Positions 1-13,247 of a stretch of 64,000 nucleotides of DNA are shown piece by piece. The notes below the pieces were generated by a model. That model was not told the origin of the DNA. It was given only the letters and a program-made list of their open reading frames with translations, and ran no database searches. Within the stretch, counting starts at the first letter, position 1. Each line of letters begins with the position of its first letter. This stretch comes from the human T2T-CHM13v2.0 reference genome, Homo sapiens: assembly GCF_009914755.1 (NCBI RefSeq), contig NC_060928.1. One strand, given 5' to 3'. The translations under genes and the position numbers were made by a program.

Positions 1-54
1 GGTCACCTTTACATTTTATTGCATTGGAATTCCCATGTATTCTTGGAAGATTTG

Positions 55-190
55 TGACATAATCTTACAGATAACTAAGTAAGGCTCTGAGAAATCAGTG
101 ACTTACTCCTACTTAAAGAACTAGTTAATGTCAGAAATGAGACAATACATATTTAGAGTCTTGTTTTCCTTCATTTTACTTTAACATTTT
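55..190 (-). mobile_element. MIR fragment
   Basis: aaggctctgagaaatcagtgacttactcc...ctagttaatgtcaga resembles the antisense MIR core (gaggctcagagaggttaagtgacttgccc); highly diverged. Confidence 0.5.
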
Positions 191-339
191 GCTTTTCTCT
201 GTACACAGGAGAAATTAGAATTATGTGTATATATATATGATATTAGAAATCATGAGTTACAAATAATTTGTAGTATGTTTAAATATCTATATTAATATTA
301 TGCCACCATGTAACTTTTCTTTTTCTATTTCCTTAGGAT

Positions 340-820
340 TTTTATGTTTTTTTTTCCATACAACTGGTACTATCCACCTTTCTAATTTCATAAGGAAGCT
401 TTTTGGTTTTATTAGTTAGATTGTATTAATTCATAAATTAATTTGGAGAGATTTGAAATGTTAATAATGTTAATATGCCATATCCAAAAATAAAAGATGT
501 CTGTCGATACATTCAGTCTACTTTTGTGCTTTCAAGAAATGTTTCATAGTCTTTATATTGGTTTTGACCAGTTCTTGTTAAGATTATTACTAATCATTTT
601 ATATTTCTGTTGATTTTTTAAATAATGTTTTTCTATTATAGTTTCTGACTGTTTATGAAGGCTAGTGATTTTTTTGCATGTCAATTTTATATTTTGTTGC
701 TTTATTATTTCATTTGATTTTCTAAAACATAATTATTGTTTAGGGGTTTTCCTAGTGATATCATGAATATCATGTTATCTGAAAATATTCATATAGTTTT
801 TCTTTTTAATCTTCAAATTC
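340..820 (-). mobile_element. Ancient L1M (L1ME-like) ORF2 remnant
   Basis: T-rich sequence with atttggagagatttgaaatgttaataatgtt...tttcaagaaatgtttcatagtc, matching antisense old-L1 ORF2 motifs; boundaries approximate. Confidence 0.55.
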
Positions 821-2298
821 TCATGTTTCCAATAGTATGTGGGTTATATTCTGTTTATTGTTTTTCCTTTACTATTGGGTATATCTTCTTTGCATTTTTT
901 CCTAGAAGTTATCTTTGTACTTATGCTTTAAAAAATTTTGCTGTTTGTTACATTATTCCTTCTGAGAATACATAACACTTAGAGAGCATCCTTTCATGTA
1001 AATCTTCAACTTTATTTTAGTCTTAGTTCTACACTTCGATAAATATCAAAAGTTTATCATTCACCCCAGTCATTTCTTGGAAGGGTGTAGCTCATTGTTT
1101 TGTACATTCCTCAGAAATAATACATGTATACCACAGCTCCTTAGTTGTTTCTAAAAAGGTTTTTTAATAGCATTGTATTTGAACAATACCTGGATTGCAA
1201 ATCAAATATTTAACTTACAGTTCCTTTCATTAAGTTTTTTGTAAATACTATTCAGCTTTCAACTTCTTAGCATGTTGATCGTGAGAAATATGATGCAAAA
1301 CCAGCTTTATTTTTTCTTGAACCATTTTAATTAGACACTTTATATTTTTCTTATTGAGTTGAAGGGTTATTAAATAAAATCTTTGTGACATTTTGGGAAT
1401 GCATACTCAACTATTATCTGGAAAAACATCAGGTCTTGTTTAATGAAACTTTAAATTTACTATTTTCTTCCAATGAAAATGAATGGGTTAGACTACATGC
1501 CATTAAAATTTATAAGTATAAAATAAGTCAATTTGATTCATTCTAAAGTGATTTATTAGGTAGTTCTGCATAGAGTGAGAATATATATGCTATTTAATTC
1601 AGGGCTTCATATATTGCTCAATTTAATAATACCCATCATTGTAAATTAATAATTTAGTAGTAAAGCCACACAGATTACTCACCTGATCAATGCATTTTTA
1701 AGTTTAATTTTATACTTTCTGTAGAGATAATTATTTTTGTTTCTATGCCTGCCCATAATAAAAATACCAGGAAAAATTAGGAATTATCTTACTACATAAG
1801 ATATAAAGCAAATCTAGTCATATCAATATATACAGATGTAGTTTGTTTTCATGGTTTAATAAATTCTAGTTTTCTAAACTATTTCAGCATTCCAAAATAT
1901 TAATTTTTCTCTCTTTTCTGATTGGGAATGGTGCAGCAGTATACATCCCTGTGTGTAAATCCTTGAGTATATCTCAGGGAGTTTCTGCAGTAATGATATT
2001 ACAGTTACAGGGTAACCAAACAATACTCTTGAATTCTTTCATCAGCAAAGCTGAAAGTAATCCTAATCCAGGTAGCCACTCTAGTAAATGCAATCACCTC
2101 AGATACATTCGTATGTATAATATACGTGTAGGTCTGTGTATGTGTGTGCAGTTAGTTATGTTACCAAATTGTCATCTCATATTCATTGAGAATAGGGTAT
2201 ACTCATTAATTAATCAACAAAAGCCTTTGAAATTCTTAGACAATGGCAGTTACTATAGTGGCTACTTGGATTAGAATTACAGTGGGTGTTTTGGGGTG

Positions 2299-2530
2299 TT
2301 TTAACTTTTCTTTTAAGTTCAGGGGTACATATGCAGGATGTGCAGATGTATTACATAGTTAAACATGTATCATGGGGGTTTGTTGTATCAATTACTTCAT
2401 CACCCAAGTATTAAGCCTAGTATCAATTAGTTATTTTTTCTCATCCTCCTTCTCCTCTCACCCTCCTCCCTCCAATAGCCCCCATATGTGTTGTTCTCCT
2501 CTGTGTTCAAGTGTTCTTTTACCTTATAAA
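2299..2530 (-). mobile_element. L1 3' end fragment (L1PA13-16/L1PB-like)
   Basis: ttttaagttcaggggtacatatgcaggatgtgcag...cacccaagtattaagcctagta is the antisense 3'UTR of older L1PA subfamilies. Confidence 0.8.
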
Positions 2531-3564
2531 TGAATAAATAAGTTGTTTTGCTTGGAGTCACCAAGGATTTTATTGTATATCTGTACGCCAATTCTTGTTC
2601 TTCGAATATGTTTCAAGTTGATCATTCCAGTTCAGTGCACCCAGATTAACAGTGAACTTTGCTAATATGTAGATTTATTTCTTCTTCATAGAAAATTTTC
2701 TTGGATTCTACTGTTAAACATTAATTCTGTTTTATTTTTACTTCCATTATATGAATGTTAGACCTTCTGTGTCTGTCTTCATTTTAATTACTTTCTTTCA
2801 GACTCTTTTTACTTTTTTCCTCATTTTTTGTCTTTTTTAATGCTTATTTTTTCTGTTCCCCTTTTTTACATTATCATTGAAATCTTGTAATTTATTCTAC
2901 ATTTCTCAGATGATTTAGTCTTTTTCTGCATTTTTTTCCCTAAATTCTATCAACTCTTGTTGAATTTAATTTCTTAATTCATTTCTCTTTTTATTTGCAT
3001 TTCTGGTTTTAGGTGTCTATTTAAAATATCTAAATCCTCATTAGAATATATTTAGTTCAGATTAGCATGTTCTGTTTCAGTATGCTTCATGTTAGGTTCC
3101 TTTGGGAGAAATTTTGTTTGCCAAACTGCTATGATTTATATTTTCTTTTTTCTTCATACGGTAGCTTTCTGTGGTATTGGTGCATTTTGTTGAAAAGTTT
3201 ATTGGTTCAAGATTGTCTTTTGTCAGTATAATAACATGAAGCTATTTAATGGATGATGTTTCGTGACAGTGGTCTGGGATAAGGAAAGATTTTAGTGTAT
3301 TTTTTATTTTGCAGGACGTTTACTTTTATTCTGTTCTTCCCTTCTTTCCCTTCACTACACATCACCAAGGGGCTCCAAGCTTTTATAATTAAATAAAGAC
3401 AGGATCTAATCCTGCACTGGTACAACTCACCTCAGCCACCTCACCTTCATCCTGGCACTGTGAGAACTAAGGGAGCCTGTCTTTATTTAAAATTCAATAT
3501 TCTGTTAATCATGAATTCTTTGCATTAATTTTGATTTTAAATCATTGCATTGTTATTATTTATC

Positions 3565-3792
3565 TTTTTTTTTCTTTTTTTTGGGGGGTTCAAACAATTC
3601 TCCTGCCTCAGCCTCCTAAGTAGCTGGAATTACAGGCTTACGCCACCACGTCCCACTAATTTTTGTGTTTTTAGTAGAGACGGGGTTCCACCATGTTAGC
3701 TAGGCTGGTCTCAAACTCCCGATCTCAGGTGATCCCCCCGCCTCGGCCTCCCAAAGTGCTGGGATTACAGGCATGAGCCACCATGCCCAGCC
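3565..3792 (-). mobile_element. AluS, missing ~75 nt of the right arm next to the tail
   Basis: poly(T) joins directly to gggttcaaacaattctcctgcctcagcc...; ends gagccaccatgcccagcc; TSD tatttatctt at 3557-3566 and 3793-3802. Confidence 0.93.
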
Positions 3793-6700
3793 TATTTATC
3801 TTGATTACTAAGGTTCTGGGGCATACCTAAATTTCACCTCAAGAGTAGTGTCTCATTCACTTCTACCTAGTCCTAGCCCTAGCATTTTCAGAATTGAAGC
3901 ATTACTCTATTTACATGTAATTTAAAGTTTATGAGTTTTTTTCTTTTTTATTAACGCTGAAAATGTGAAACATGTATGATTTCATTTACGTTCCTTCTTG
4001 ATTTTACAAATTTTGAGAAAGATATTTGAAAAAATTCAAATTCATATGACCACTGAAACCTCAGATTTTAATTTAAAAATAGTTTACATGTAGCCAATAA
4101 TAAAGTTAGCTACAGTAATTTGTGCACCAAAAAGTTAGAAGCTCTTTGGATAATACACACATTCATTTATAAAGTATTTCTTTACTGTAAAAAATCAGAT
4201 ATTTTTATTGCTATTTTGAAGATGGAATTTATATCTCTATGTAGTTGGAACATTTTCTCTCTCAAAGCATCCCTGTGTATTTCTGGGCACTTTTAAAGTA
4301 ACTGTATCAACAAATGTTTGGCATCTTCCTATAATACCATATGAAAGTAAAAAGAACTCAAATAAGATGCACGAATATGACAACAATATGTTTGTGACAT
4401 GTTCTTTAAAAGCCAAACAATTAATTTTAAATGGCATGTGTTATGTCACTACTCAAACTGTGAATTTTCATATTCTTTATCTCTATGAATATAGACACCT
4501 TTGTGTAAGTTTAGGATGAATATCTGTCCCTACTTATGTGCTCACTTTCCCATTCTACTCACCAAGTCTAACCTCTGTTGGTTCCCCAAACACACCCTCT
4601 ATTCCACTAATTTCATGCTTGACATCTTAATTAAGCTTGTTAATAAACTTCACTCTGCACTCAGCCTCTCCTTCTTGCTGTTTGATTTTTACCAATTAAT
4701 TCCTGATATCATACCATTTGCTTCAGTAAATACCACTCCATATATGGAATTTTTCTATGTCAATTGCAAGTCTACTTATGGATACATGTAATTATAATGC
4801 ATTTGTGAGATAATAATTTGCAATGGAAATCCATAAATTTTATAGGAAAACAATGCACATATTTTCGCTATTTTTTGCACATTTCCTCTAGTGTCAACTT
4901 ATTTTACATTTCACTAGAATCTAATTTGGCAGCATATTCCACATAATACAATTGTAATATTTATGTAGAAATTGAGTGATCTTAATCCAAGACTGACTAC
5001 TATATATAGTATACACACACAGCAAATATATTTATATACCACATATATACTTATCTATTTAATATATGGTATATACTATATATATTTATATATATATGTG
5101 TGTATGTATCCTTAGGACCTATAAAAATGGGTTTAGAAAGATGAGGCTTTTTTACTTTTATCTTTAATCATGAAAATTTGCAATCCCATTAGTATACCTT
5201 AAAAAGTATCAAATTATCTTGAAAATTATAAATATGAACTATTGAGATAGGTATTTGAGATTCATGAAGCTTCAACAATAAGCAATGTGTTCTAATACCA
5301 AGGAATTATGATATGATTTTCTCAAATTTGTGGTCATTTTATTAAAGTTACTAATATTCTATTATATATTATATCCCAGACATGTTATACTTTCAGACAA
5401 AATAAAGATGTAAAATATCTTAAATATCAAAACAGTGTTAAAAATATCAGAAAATCAGTAAATAAATAACAGTATAGTAATAAAACCTCAAAACTGAACT
5501 TAATTATTCAAGATCATTTAGGACAATAGATAGTGTAGAGTAAAGGTAAATTTTTCTTTCTTCTACATCCATATTGAAGACACAGAAGATACAAGGTTTT
5601 ACATTTTCCAAATACTACACATATGCTTAGAAGAATAAAAATATATCTACACAGAAGTATGTCCCTTTGTATACATTTCTCAAAATGTATTGTTTCCTTT
5701 GTATAAGATAAAGCTTTATATTAAAATATCTGGATAATTAATCATAGTTATATTTATCAGATTTTATCTAGTTAGTGTTGTAACTGAAATGTAAAGGGTT
5801 ATGACATGGCTAAGACATGGCCAATGAATATTTATTAACTTAAAAAAGCTTTTATTTCAGAAGTCTCTATAATGTCTATAAGGCTTGCATATCTTACAAT
5901 AGAGCCAGTTACTTTTTGTAGCTGACATCATCAATTAAAACGTTAACCGAAAGTTTAAAAAATAAGTTTTGTAAAGAAAAAGTAAAACTAGTATTTTCGC
6001 TATTTTATCTCTTCTCTGAAAAATAATTCAACATAATTACACATTTGTATAATATTGTGTATATATGGCACATATACATATTTGTGTCTATGTATGTATA
6101 CATACACATACAAAAACCTTCATAGTGTATGATAGTACAAGGCAGTAAGCCCAAATGTTAAGGTGACTTCCAGTGAGAAAATTAGAGGTGAGTCTCCCCT
6201 TTTAACAAGTAAACCTCCTGTATAACTTGTTGAATACTGACGCATCTCCCCCTGCTCTGTGTGATGTCTAACTGCATGAAGTTGTAGAATTTTGAACCTG
6301 GTTGCTTATAGAAAATTAATTCTACAATTTTTATTATATTTGAAAAAATACTTATATGTGGCACCCTTTCTCTAAATGAAAGCTTACATTGAAATTCAGT
6401 ACGTAAAAGAAATAAATTTGTAGTGCCAGGGTTCAGAGAGAGTAGGAGGGATAGGAGATATACAAAGGACATGTGAATATCATGTAGGTGGTGTAGATTT
6501 AGTGTATTCACATCCAGTCTGGCTGCCCCTCAATGCCTTGTGCGTGGCAAGTGCCCAAATGCCAGCTCCCTTGTAGGGCCAGGTATGAGTTATTTCAGGG
6601 CAAACTGTAAATAGCTTCCTCACAGCACTACCACTTAATGTGGAAATTCATTCTAGCTCAAATTCTTTTCCCTTTCCCAGATCCTGCGTTTGGCAGCCCA

Positions 6701-7470
6701 ACACACAATCTATTGTTGTTTGGTGCTCTTGGGCAGCCTACCAGCAAGACATCTCATGCCCAGCTAGTTTTCATTGCCACTTAACCCGTGGGGGACTAAC
6801 AATCCTTCCCGTGCCAAATCATGGGCATGCAGACGGCTTCATGCTGCCACTTCTCTCTGCCCTGCTGGCTCTCTCCCACCCTCTTTAACCTTTAGTCACG
6901 GAGACAAAATAAATAGGTCACAGATTATGGAACAAGCACATAGCCAAAGGGAAGTGAAGTATTTATCCCTCTTAGTTTTAGACATCTCCATTTCATTGAA
7001 TATTTTTGAGACATACTGAGTTGTATTTTTAGGGAAGAATAAGTCCTCCTCTTTTAATGTAGGAGGAAAAAGTTGTGGTTTTCCCCTCATGAATCCAGTG
7101 ATCATCCTTCCTGTTTTTCTAGTTGTGTTCACTAGGGAGAGGGAGTCTGGGGCATTGACTGGGTTTTGTAAAAATGATTCTGTTGTTAAGTTTTTAAGGA
7201 ATGTCTTCTCCCTAAATTTGGGCACTTGATACCATTTATTCCCCTTGTTTCAGTATTTGACACTTTATAATTCAATATATTCAGAAAATACTTTTGAGAA
7301 AACTATATTTTTACGTTTTTGAAGACAATTTTTTTTCCTAATAGACAATACTCATAGAAATGCATATGCTTACTTCATTTTTGATTGAACCAAATGAGGA
7401 CTTTCAGAAAGAAGGTGGCTTTTTTTCCTAGGAATGAGCCCAGTATTTGTTGTATAGTGTGGGGTGCATG

Positions 7471-7474
<4 letters not shown>

Positions 7475-7516
<42 letters not shown>
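7475..7516. repeat. (GT)21 microsatellite
   Basis: uninterrupted GT run read directly. Confidence 0.97.
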
Positions 7517-7518
<2 letters not shown>

Positions 7519-8977
7519 TTCAAGAATTGGGTGTCTGTTTAGTTTAAGACTATATTTAATTTGAAGATTACTCTGGGAAGCAAGCACTAATTTCCATGTC
7601 TGTAGAGAAATAAAACATAGTAAAACATAATCACTGATGGCTTTTTAAAAATAATGCTTCAAGTTTTATGTACATTTTACAAAATGTTATGGCTGTTCTG
7701 CTACCTACATAGGTATTAAGGTACATTTTACTTTTCAAATAAATTTACGTACCCTCCTATGCAATGCATGAAACAGCTATGGATGTTCTATCATCATTTT
7801 GCATCACTATACAGTCACTTTTTGACCAACTACTCTTAAATAACTGAGAATACAGACATCACTCTATATACCCTGCAAAGCTTAACAAGGCTAGTTCTTT
7901 AAGGTAAGGCTATTCCATAAGTCATATTCTAAATACCTTTTACTATTGTGGAGAATTTGCCATATTATACAACTGTATAGCATAAAAGCCTACTTTTATC
8001 ATAGAACAATGAGATATCACAGCGAAACAAAGAACATTTTATGAAGAAATTTATGTGGCAAAAATGGAGTTATAGTCACCTAAAATATTGATGACTGTCA
8101 GGCAAAAGAAACAAATCACTATTTCTTTTAAATGACTCTTGCAGCCCCAAATAAAGAAGTAATATAAACTAAAGCAGGACTGGGTGCTCAATATGAATAA
8201 CTATAATATCAGCAAAACAAAACACATTTAGAGGGACCAGTCAGTACACAGAAGGATTTTATATAAAAACTCATAATTTTAACATTTCTTTTGTTAGAAT
8301 GAATGTCAAAATATACTGAGACTATGTGTTAGAAAATTTAAGGATAAAGAGAATTCTCATTGGCATTCATGTGAAAAAGGGACCTTTTTCACAAACAGGA
8401 TGTACAGTACCTAACTAGTAATTTTCAGTCCTCTGCTTTCTATTTTTGCCAACATCTATATAGAAATAAAAGCCACCTTCCCTACAAACCTCCCTTTCCT
8501 TTCACACTCAGCCAGAAGCAAAGCATAATAAAACAGCCACCTCACTGGTTGACTGTGGTCAACTACAAAACCAAAAATATTCAATTAAAGTGTCATTTTA
8601 AAACTGTAGGAAAATTTCAAGAATATGGAGCTTATTTAGTACGTGGTTTATTTACTTATTATTTATATAAAATTACTTCATTTGGTTTATGTAGTTTGAT
8701 TATATAGAACAACTAGGGTTTGATTCCATTACTGAGATTTTAATGAGCTTAGCCTCATTATTTTCTTAGTAGTCAAAATAAAAATAGATTTTTTTTCACC
8801 CTTAAAAGGCTTTGTGGCTGAATCTGTTTGAATATCAACTATTTCCCTTTAAAAATGAGGAACAGAGGGTTATTGCTGATAGAACTTCATGTATTTGGAT
8901 CACAATCCGACACTCCCCTATGGTACATCTTCATAGGAATTGGACCACCTGAATTACTCTATTACCATTATATTAGT

Positions 8978-9310
8978 ATTATTAGTCCATTCTCTGTTTG
9001 CTATAAAGAAATACATGAGACTGGCTAATTTATAAGGAAAGAGGTTTAATTTACTCACCATTCTGCAGGTTGTACAGGAAACATGGTGGCATCAGCTTCT
9101 AGGGAGGCCTCACAGAACTTAAAATCATGGTGGAAGGTGAACAGGGAGTGAGGCACTTCACATGGCTGTAACAGGAGGAAGAGAGAGATGAGGGAGATGT
9201 TACAAAGTTTTAAACAACAGGATATCATGAGAACTCAGTATACGGTACTAAGGGGGATGGTGCTAAACCATTCATGAGAACTCTATGATCCATTCACCTC
9301 CCATCAGGCC
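8978..9310 (-). mobile_element. MST (MSTA/B-like) MaLR LTR, left part, split by THE1
   Basis: tattagtccattctctgtttgctataaagaaatacatgagactgg... MST-type; continues at 11553 after the THE1 insertion. Confidence 0.85.
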
Positions 9311-11547
9311 TGTATCAGTCGTTTTCATGCTGCTAATAAAGACATACCCAAGACTGGGCAATTTACAAGAGAAGGAGGTTTAATTGGACTTACAGTTCCA
9401 CATGGCTGGGGAAGCCTCACAGTCATGGCCAAATGCAAGGAGGAGCAAGTCACATCTTACATGGATGGCAGCAGGCAAAAGGGAATTCTTCTTTTTAAAA
9501 CCATCAGATTTCATGACACTTATTTGCTGTCAGAGTAACAGCACAGAAAAGACTTGCCTTATGATTCAATTACCTCCCACCAGATCCCTCCCACAACACA
9601 TGGGAATTCCAATGAGATTTGGGTAGGGGCACAGCTAAACCACATCATTCTGCCCCTGAAACCTCCCAAATGTCATGTCCTCACATTTCAAAACTAATCA
9701 TGCCTTTCCAACAGTCGCCCAAAATCTTAACTCATTTCAGCATTAACTCAAAAGTCCACAGTCCAAAGTCTCATTCAAGACAAGGCAAGTCCCTTCCTCC
9801 TATGAGCCTGTAAAATCAAAACCATTTACTTCCTAGATACAATGGAGGTACAGGCATTGGGTAAAAACAGCTATTTCAAGTGGGAGGATCTTGCCAAAAC
9901 AAAAGGGTTACAGGCACCATGGAAGTCCAAAATCCAGCGGGCCAGTTAAATCTTAAAGCTCCAAAATGATCTCCTTTGACTCCATGTCTCACATCCAGGT
10001 CACTCTGATGAAAGAAGTGGGTATCACCCCTGTGGCTTTTCAGGGTACAGCCTCTCACTTGGCTGCTTTCACAGGCTGGCGTTGAATGTCTACGGCTTTT
10101 TCAGGTGCACAGTGCAAACTGTCAGTGGATCTACCATGCTGGGGTCTGGAGGATGGTGGCCTTCTTCTCACAGCTCCACCAGGCAGTGCCCCATTAGAGA
10201 CTGTGTGTAGGGGCTCCTTCCCACATTTCCCTTCTGGTCTGCCCTAGCAGAGTTTCTCCATGAGAGCCCCAACCCTGCCAAAGACTTCTGCCTGGACATT
10301 CAGGCATTTCCATACATCCTCTGAAATCTAGGCAGAGATTCACAAATCTTAATTCTTGACTTCTGTGTACCCGCAGGCTCAACACCACATGGAAACTGCC
10401 AAGGCTTGAGACTTGCAGCATCTGAAGCCACGGCCCAAGCTCTACATTGGCCCCTTTCATCCATGGCTGGAGTGGCTGCAACCTACGGCACCAAGCCCCT
10501 AAGCTGCAGACAGCATGGGCACCCTGGGCTTGGCCCAGGAAACCACTTTTTCCTCCTAGGCCTCTGGGCCTGTGATCAGAGGGGCTGCTGTGAAGACCTC
10601 TGACATGCCCTGGAGCCATTTTCCCCATTGTCTTGGGGATTAATATTTGACTCCTTATTAATTATGCAGATTTCTGCAGGCTTGCATTTCTCCTCAGAAA
10701 ATTGATTTTTCTTTTCTATCGCATTGTCAGGCTGCAAATTTTCTGAACTTTTATACTCTGCTTTCCTAATAAAACTGAATGCCTTTAACAGCACCCAAGT
10801 TACATTTTGAATGCTTTGCTGCTTAGAAATTTCTTCCACCAAATACGCTAAATCATCTCTCTCTAGTTCAAAGTTCCACAAATCTCTAGGGCAAGGGTAA
10901 AATGTCACCAGTCTCTTTGCTAAACATAACAAGAGTCACCTTTGCTCCAGTTCCCAACAAGTTCCTCATCAACTTCTGAGACCACCTGGCCTGGACCTTA
11001 TTATTTATATCAGTATCAGGCTTTTGGTCAAAGTCATTCAACAAGTCTCTAGGAAGTTCCAAACTTTCCCACATTTTCCTGCCCTCTTCTAGGCCTCCAA
11101 ACTGTTCCAACTTCTGCCTATTACCCAGTTCCAAAGTCACTTCCACATTTTTGGGTATCTTTTCAGCAGCACCTGACTCTACTGGTACCAATTGACTGTA
11201 TCAGTTCATTTTCACACTGTTGATAAAGACATATCCAAGACTGGGTAATTTACAAAGAAAGAGGTTTAATTGGACTTACAGTTCCACATGGCTGGGAAGC
11301 CTCATGAGCATGGCAGAAGGCCAGGAGGAGCAAGCCACATATTACATGAATGACAGCAGGCAGAGAGGAGCTTGTGCAGGGGAATTCCTCCTTTTAAAAC
11401 CATCAGACCTTGTGAGACTTATTCACTGTCATGATATCAGCACAGGAAAGACTTGCCCCATGATTCAATTACCTCCCACCAGGTCCCTCCCACAACACAT
11501 GGGAATTCAAGATGAGACTTGGGTGGGGACACAGCCAAACCATATCA
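9311..11547 (-). mobile_element. Full-length THE1 (THE1A-like) MaLR element: LTR 9311-9647, internal 9648-11196, LTR 11197-11547
   Basis: two direct LTRs (tgtatcag...ca[c/t]atca) around a 1.55-kb internal region; near-identical 5-bp TSD aggcc/atgcc; gggaattcaagatgag without the THE1B-type atgggagctaca insert; MaLR ORF remnants at 10576-11191. Confidence 0.93.
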
Positions 11548-11552
11548 ATGCC

Positions 11553-11621
11553 CCACATCCAACACTGGGGATTGCAATTGATCATGAGATTTGGCTGGGA
11601 ACACAGATCCAAACCATACCA
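11553..11621 (-). mobile_element. MST LTR, right part
   Basis: ccacatccaacactggggattgcaattgatcatgagatttgg...aaaccatacca completes the MST LTR begun at 8978. Confidence 0.85.
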
Positions 11622-11764
11622 CCAACGAAAAAACAAGTATAAAGGAAATAAAGAAAATTTTTCCATTTTATAATTCTTTATTTAATTATGATTAAATTCA
11701 ATTAGTCAACCAATTTATAATACTATATTGTAGACCAAATATAAATGAGAAGAATCTCCAATGA

Positions 11765-11900
11765 TGCCTGGCCTTGGATGAGTCATTTAGACACTTCGGA
11801 GATTAGGTGTTTTTTTTCTGAAATATAAGTGTATAATAATGTATAGCTTATACAGCTGTTTTCAGAATAAAACAATGTCATATAATTTGAAAACTTTTAT
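11765..11900 (+). mobile_element. MIR fragment
   Basis: ggccttggatgagtcatttagac...ataataatgtatagcttatacagctgttttcagaataaa resembles the MIR core and 3' part. Confidence 0.55.
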
Positions 11901-12780
11901 AATTCAATATACAGATATTAGTATTTTATGCAAAACATTATGCTAGGCAGTTCATTGATATAACAATGGGTTTTACTTAAGACTGGTACTCTGCAGCTCC
12001 CTCAACTTATCACATTTCATATACTTTTTCTTGGTGAGAATTAAGATACTTATAAATGAAAATATTGAATCCTAATATATCATAAAGAATATCCTGATAT
12101 GCTTGCAAGACTGGCATGCCTTCTGTCCACCAATCTTTTATATCTTACAGTCTTGAAAATATTTGATTACCTAAGTTATTTTACATCTTAATTAAATTGT
12201 TGATTTATTGCCCTAGTCATAGCATCTGAGTATTTTTTCTGGATAACTGATAATAGCCTCCCTTGTACTGGTTTTTTGATAAAAATAGTAAAGTCAGGAA
12301 CATCAATACAAAGATCACAATACTCATAAGCCAAATTGTCTGTGTAACTATATCAATGGTAACATACATCTTGTTGGGAGCATTAGAAATGTTTAAATCA
12401 CTTTTGATAAGCCTCTTGAGCCAGGGATAAGATTTTGACAGATGGAAATTGGAGTAGGCTTGGAGCAGAAGATGTGTCTCAGAGAGAAAACAGTTTGTAA
12501 GAGTACTGTTAGGTGAAAGCAACCAGCATCCTGATTTTGTTCATATATATATATATGGATAATGTAGAGCAGTGATTTGACTTCAAAGATCAAGTTTGTA
12601 CCTTCTTTAGTAGACATTAGGGAATAATCACATGTTCTCAGCAGGGAAATATTAAGAAGAAAATTCTGGCAACATTATTAGAAGTGTTTTTAAAGTGTGA
12701 GCTAGAAGTGAAGACTTTAGAAAGTAGTGATTTATTTCTGTGCTGGCAGGGTTAGGGATGCTGATCAATACCTGATGTCA

Positions 12781-13247
<467 letters not shown>

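Noticed and set aside
736-8900. Short ORFs (60-110 aa) in AT-rich sequence, here and throughout the window
   Set aside because: Many start at non-ATG codons, have low-complexity F/L/I/S composition and no recognisable domain or exon structure; expected by chance.
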